A DNA stretch of 64,000 nucleotides from Aureliella sp. (lineage in GTDB: Bacteria; Planctomycetota; Planctomycetia; Pirellulales; Pirellulaceae). Shown in pieces: positions 60,499 through 64,000 of the stretch. The stretch spans positions 160,001 to 224,000 of the forward strand of contig OY829846.1 of NCBI GenBank assembly GCA_963691875.1, read 5' to 3'. The notes beneath the pieces are model-generated. The model had not been told where the DNA came from. It was given only the letters and a program-made list of their open reading frames with translations, and ran no database searches. Positions within the stretch are counted from its first letter, which is position 1; each line of letters begins with the position of its first letter. A program made the translations under genes and the position numbers.

Positions 60499-62862
60499 AT
60501 GAGTCGGCAGAACACGAAATCGCTTGCGCCAAACGTCGCTGAGGCTTTAAGGGAAGTCCGCAGCATGTTGCGTCGATACATTGCGATTCAGTCTCTACTG
60601 TCGATTGCGTGTATCATTTTGTTCTTCTTTTGGGCCGGTGGCTGTCTTGATTATCTTCCAGTCACGATGGGCGCCAGCGAGACGCCGCGTTGGCTGCGAG
60701 TCGGCTTGTTGAGCTCGATGGTGGTCGGGACAGGCTACGTGCTTTTCGTATGGGCAGCGCCTAGACTGATGGCACGCATTCATGATCGCTCCATCGCGTT
60801 GATGCTTGAGAAGAAGCACCCGCATCTCGAGAATCACCTGCTGACTGCGGTGGAACTCACGGAGGAACCTGAGGGTTCTGATTTTGCACTGGTCTCGAAT
60901 CCTGAGGCCTATGCGAAGATGCTTGAACGCGTGCACGCTGGGCTCGACGATCGGACTCAGCGACTTGACACTGCCTCTCTATTTGACTGGCGGCCCATTT
61001 GGGCAGGCATGTTGTCCGTTTTCCTCAGTTTGGCAATCACCGGATTTGCTTGCTTGGCAATGCCTGACTGGATGCTGCATTGGTCCAAACGACTGTTCGC
61101 TTTGTCGGAAACACCTTGGCCACGACGAGCAGAACTACGGATTGACGGAGTCCAAATTCAGCTTCCTACTTTTACAGGACAGCTGACTGCAGATAGGCGC
61201 CTGCTAGGATTTCGGAATGGCGTTGTACGAGTGGCTGGGGGTTCCACGGCACAACTGCAAGTTGCAGCGGAAGCTGAGACTAAGGTCGTGCCAGAAATTT
61301 GCACTGTTTTCTATCGTCAAACAGATGGGACTCGAGGCCGCGCCAATATGCGACGTCTCGGTCGACCAGAAGAGGGATGGCAGACTTTTGTTCTCGACGG
61401 ACCGCCACTCGACGGGATTTCGCAGACTACCGACTTGCGCGTTATAGGATTGGATGCCAGCCTCACTGGAATGCAGCTGGAAGTCACTCCATCGCCGCTT
61501 GTAAAGTCGACGAAGCTTGAATTGGTTTACCCCGAGTATCTGCTCAGCAACCTTACTCGTGCGGCGAGCGAAACTGTCGAATTCCGCAATGGTCTACTCA
61601 TTCCAGAAGGCACTCATGTCTATCTTGTCGGCGAGACAGGCTCGATTTTGAGTAGCGTGGATTATGTGATCCAGTCAAGTGAGCAACAGGCGGCAGAATT
61701 GAAAATAGATCAAGTGCCTCCGTCGGGAGAAGAGCTTTCGCAGTTTCGAATCGATCTGGGTCCGCTTCGTGAAAGTAAGATCGTCGAGTTAAGATTGATC
61801 GATCAATATGGTCTATCTTCCGAACAAGTCACTCGCTATTTGCTTTCCGTTCAGCCAGACGAGATCCCCCTGGTTGAAAGCAAGCTAGCCGGTATCGGCA
61901 ATGCGATTACGACAAAGGCATTACTCCCGATTCGCGGAAGTGTGCAAGATGACCACGGTCTAAAGACCGTGCAAGTCGACATGCAAGCCAGTGATGAGAG
62001 TAAGTTCATCGTAGAGGTGGCTCCACCGGAGGATATGGAACTCTCCACCGACGTTGATTTGCAAATGCTTGCTGAAGAGCAAGGGTTTGCATTGAAAGAA
62101 GGTGAGACGCTTGGGCTGCAAGTGTCGGCGAGCGATTTTTTCGACCTCGATAAAGATGTTCACCTTGGACAAGGACAGACGAAACAATTGAATATCGTCT
62201 CCGATGACGAGTTACTCGTGCTTTTGGATCGCAAGGAGCTTGAACTGCGTCAACGAATCGAGCAGATCATGTTGGAACTCGAACAACTCAAGTCATCGCT
62301 GCAACAGCTGTCGACAAAATCGAATGCCGCCAGAATGAGTGGGAGAGCCGCGGTTGGCACCGTTTCTTGGGCAGCGGCGCAAGACACAGACGATGAAGAG
62401 GAAAGGCGAGCACGCATGTTAGTTTTGCGAAGCCAACAGGCTGTTTTGCAAGGAGATAAGTCGCAGCAAGAGCTCAGTGGGGTGGCTGCAAATGTCGAGA
62501 ATTTGCGACAGCAGCTGGCCAACAATCGCATTGATAGCTACGACCGCCAGCAGCGACTTCGGGAGAAAGTATACTCGCCCTTGCAGGATTTGCTGGCTTC
62601 GGAGTACGAGCGGCTTGCGAGCGATCTTGCAGCATTGCAGAAAGCGGCTATCGCAGGCAGATCGACCAATGAGGCACTTGCTGCGGAATCTTCCGCAGCG
62701 GAAGTACTGGCAAAGCTAGCTCAAATCAAAGAAAATATGTTGGATATTGAGTCTTTCAACGAAATTATTGATTTAGTTCGTTCATTACTTGAAGACCAAG
62801 AGAAGCTTCTGAACGAAACAGAAGAAGAGCAACGCAAACGCATCCTCCAATTTTTGCAGTGA
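60499..62862 (+). CDS. Membrane-anchored DUF4175-like protein
   Basis: N-terminal TMs, DDHGL motif, coiled-coil C-terminus. Confidence 0.7.
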   Translation: MSRQNTKSLAPNVAEALREVRSMLRRYIAIQSLLSIACIILFFFWAGGCLDYLPVTMGASETPRWLRVGLLSSMVVGTGYVLFVWAAPRLMARIHDRSIALMLEKKHPHLENHLLTAVELTEEPEGSDFALVSNPEAYAKMLERVHAGLDDRTQRLDTASLFDWRPIWAGMLSVFLSLAITGFACLAMPDWMLHWSKRLFALSETPWPRRAELRIDGVQIQLPTFTGQLTADRRLLGFRNGVVRVAGGSTAQLQVAAEAETKVVPEICTVFYRQTDGTRGRANMRRLGRPEEGWQTFVLDGPPLDGISQTTDLRVIGLDASLTGMQLEVTPSPLVKSTKLELVYPEYLLSNLTRAASETVEFRNGLLIPEGTHVYLVGETGSILSSVDYVIQSSEQQAAELKIDQVPPSGEELSQFRIDLGPLRESKIVELRLIDQYGLSSEQVTRYLLSVQPDEIPLVESKLAGIGNAITTKALLPIRGSVQDDHGLKTVQVDMQASDESKFIVEVAPPEDMELSTDVDLQMLAEEQGFALKEGETLGLQVSASDFFDLDKDVHLGQGQTKQLNIVSDDELLVLLDRKELELRQRIEQIMLELEQLKSSLQQLSTKSNAARMSGRAAVGTVSWAAAQDTDDEEERRARMLVLRSQQAVLQGDKSQQELSGVAANVENLRQQLANNRIDSYDRQQRLREKVYSPLQDLLASEYERLASDLAALQKAAIAGRSTNEALAAESSAAEVLAKLAQIKENMLDIESFNEIIDLVRSLLEDQEKLLNETEEEQRKRILQFLQ

Positions 62863-62870
62863 GAAATGGC

Positions 62871-64000
62871 ATGCGCATCTTCCAACGAATCCCAGTTGTG
62901 GCAAGTCTTTGTTTGGTCGCTGGACTTTCGCAAGTAACAATCGCCCAGGATGAGGTGCCCTTGTCGGGCAAGCAACAAGGCGTCGCAGACCGCTTTAAAA
63001 AACTCGAAGGTTTGCTGCTGCGTTCTTCGGAACTGGAGTCTGTCGAGAACCCGACACGAGCTGCGCTGCTGCAGCAGGCCGCCAAGCTCGGTAAGCAGAA
63101 GCAGCTCGCTGATTTACTAGCCAAAGCCTCGGACAATCTGAAGAACGAAAAATTCACCGAGGCGATTGAGCAGCAGAAAGCAGGCTTGGGCAATTTGAAA
63201 GAGCTTCTCGAGCTGTTGCAAAGTGAGAATCGGGAGAAGCGCGTCCGGGAAGAACGCGATCAAGTCAAACAGTGGATTGAAGAGACTGACCGCTTGTTGC
63301 GCATGCAAGGCTCGCTGCGCGGTCGAACGGAGGGCGGTCAAGAGACAGAGAAGGCTGCCCAAGATCAACAGCGGCTAGCGAATAAAGCGGGTGATATCGC
63401 TGGCGACCTGTCAGGGGATCTCGCGGGAAAAGGACCCGAAGAGCAGAGCGAAGGAGACGACGAATCGGGTTCTAAAGAACCCAGGGATGGTGCTGAAGGC
63501 AAGCCAAAGGATAATGCCAATTCCAAGCCCGGTGAGAGTTCAGGTCCGAAAGAGAGTTCTGGCGGATCGGAGTCGGAGGGCGAGGACTCGAACTCTGCAG
63601 GAGACTCCCAGAAGCAACCTCAGGATGGACAAGAGGTCTCGGAAGCTAGGGAGACGAACGAGTCAGGGGACGAGAACGCGAAAGAGCCCGGGGAGAACAC
63701 CGGCGACTCGGCGGAGCCCAAGGACCCCGACCAAGATCCATCAGAGCCAAAGGATCGCACTCCTGAAGCGGCAGATCCTAACCAAGAGCCGCCAGGTGAC
63801 TCGGGTGACCAGGAACCAGGCAAACGGAATTCTGACGGCCAGAACTCAAAGCCCAGCGATCAGCCGGGACAGCAAAGCCAAAACGGACAGCCGTCGCAGC
63901 CGTCGCAGCAGAGTCAGCAGAGTCAGCAGAGTCAGCAGAGTCAGAACGGGAAGCAGAGCCAGCAGCAGCAACGACCAAAGACTCCTGCCGAGCGTGCGAA
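62871..64000 (+). CDS. Secreted coiled-coil / low-complexity protein (3'-partial)
   Basis: MRIFQRIPVVASLCLVAGLSQVTIAQ signal; reads through to the window end. Confidence 0.75.
   Translation, partial: MRIFQRIPVVASLCLVAGLSQVTIAQDEVPLSGKQQGVADRFKKLEGLLLRSSELESVENPTRAALLQQAAKLGKQKQLADLLAKASDNLKNEKFTEAIEQQKAGLGNLKELLELLQSENREKRVREERDQVKQWIEETDRLLRMQGSLRGRTEGGQETEKAAQDQQRLANKAGDIAGDLSGDLAGKGPEEQSEGDDESGSKEPRDGAEGKPKDNANSKPGESSGPKESSGGSESEGEDSNSAGDSQKQPQDGQEVSEARETNESGDENAKEPGENTGDSAEPKDPDQDPSEPKDRTPEAADPNQEPPGDSGDQEPGKRNSDGQNSKPSDQPGQQSQNGQPSQPSQQSQQSQQSQQSQNGKQSQQQQRPKTPAERA
63906..63941 (+). repeat. Coding 9-bp tandem repeat CAGCAGAGT x4 (QQS)
   Basis: Directly visible, preceded by CAGCCGTCG x2. 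Confidence 0.85.

Noticed and set aside
53375..64000. MoxR-DUF58-BatA-vWA operon as a novel system
   Set aside because: Well-known, widespread operon type, often multicopy in planctomycetes

Overview
Planctomycete-like (Pirellulaceae-type) chromosomal window with three parts. (1) 1 to ~24.5 kb is the late region of a siphovirus-like prophage in unusual order: tape measure and tail tip, then S49 protease, capsid, head-tail and tail tube, then a putative lysis block with a papain-like peptidase and a PAS protein, then Cys-rich and fibre-like virion proteins. The most striking gene is an Erv1/Alr-type FAD sulfhydryl oxidase (18135..18572). It sits two genes downstream of a 22-Cys signal-less protein, which suggests a phage-encoded cytoplasmic disulfide pathway like that of poxviruses. 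A 16-bp palindrome (GCGGTAA-NN-TTACCGC) recurs five times between late genes. (2) 24.5 to ~45 kb is a tRNA-Pro(GGG) integration hotspot with att copies, three progressively decayed copies of one tyrosine integrase, duplicated excisionase leaders and cargo (Tat aminotransferase, PEP-CTERM protein, sulfatases, GntR, CIA30 protein, a nonsense-broken hybrid kinase). (3) ~46 to 64 kb looks like core genome: dioxygenase, deacetylase, transglutaminase-esterase, DUF1552 and a MoxR/DUF58/BatA-vWA operon. All family assignments come from motif recognition by eye; no searches were run.
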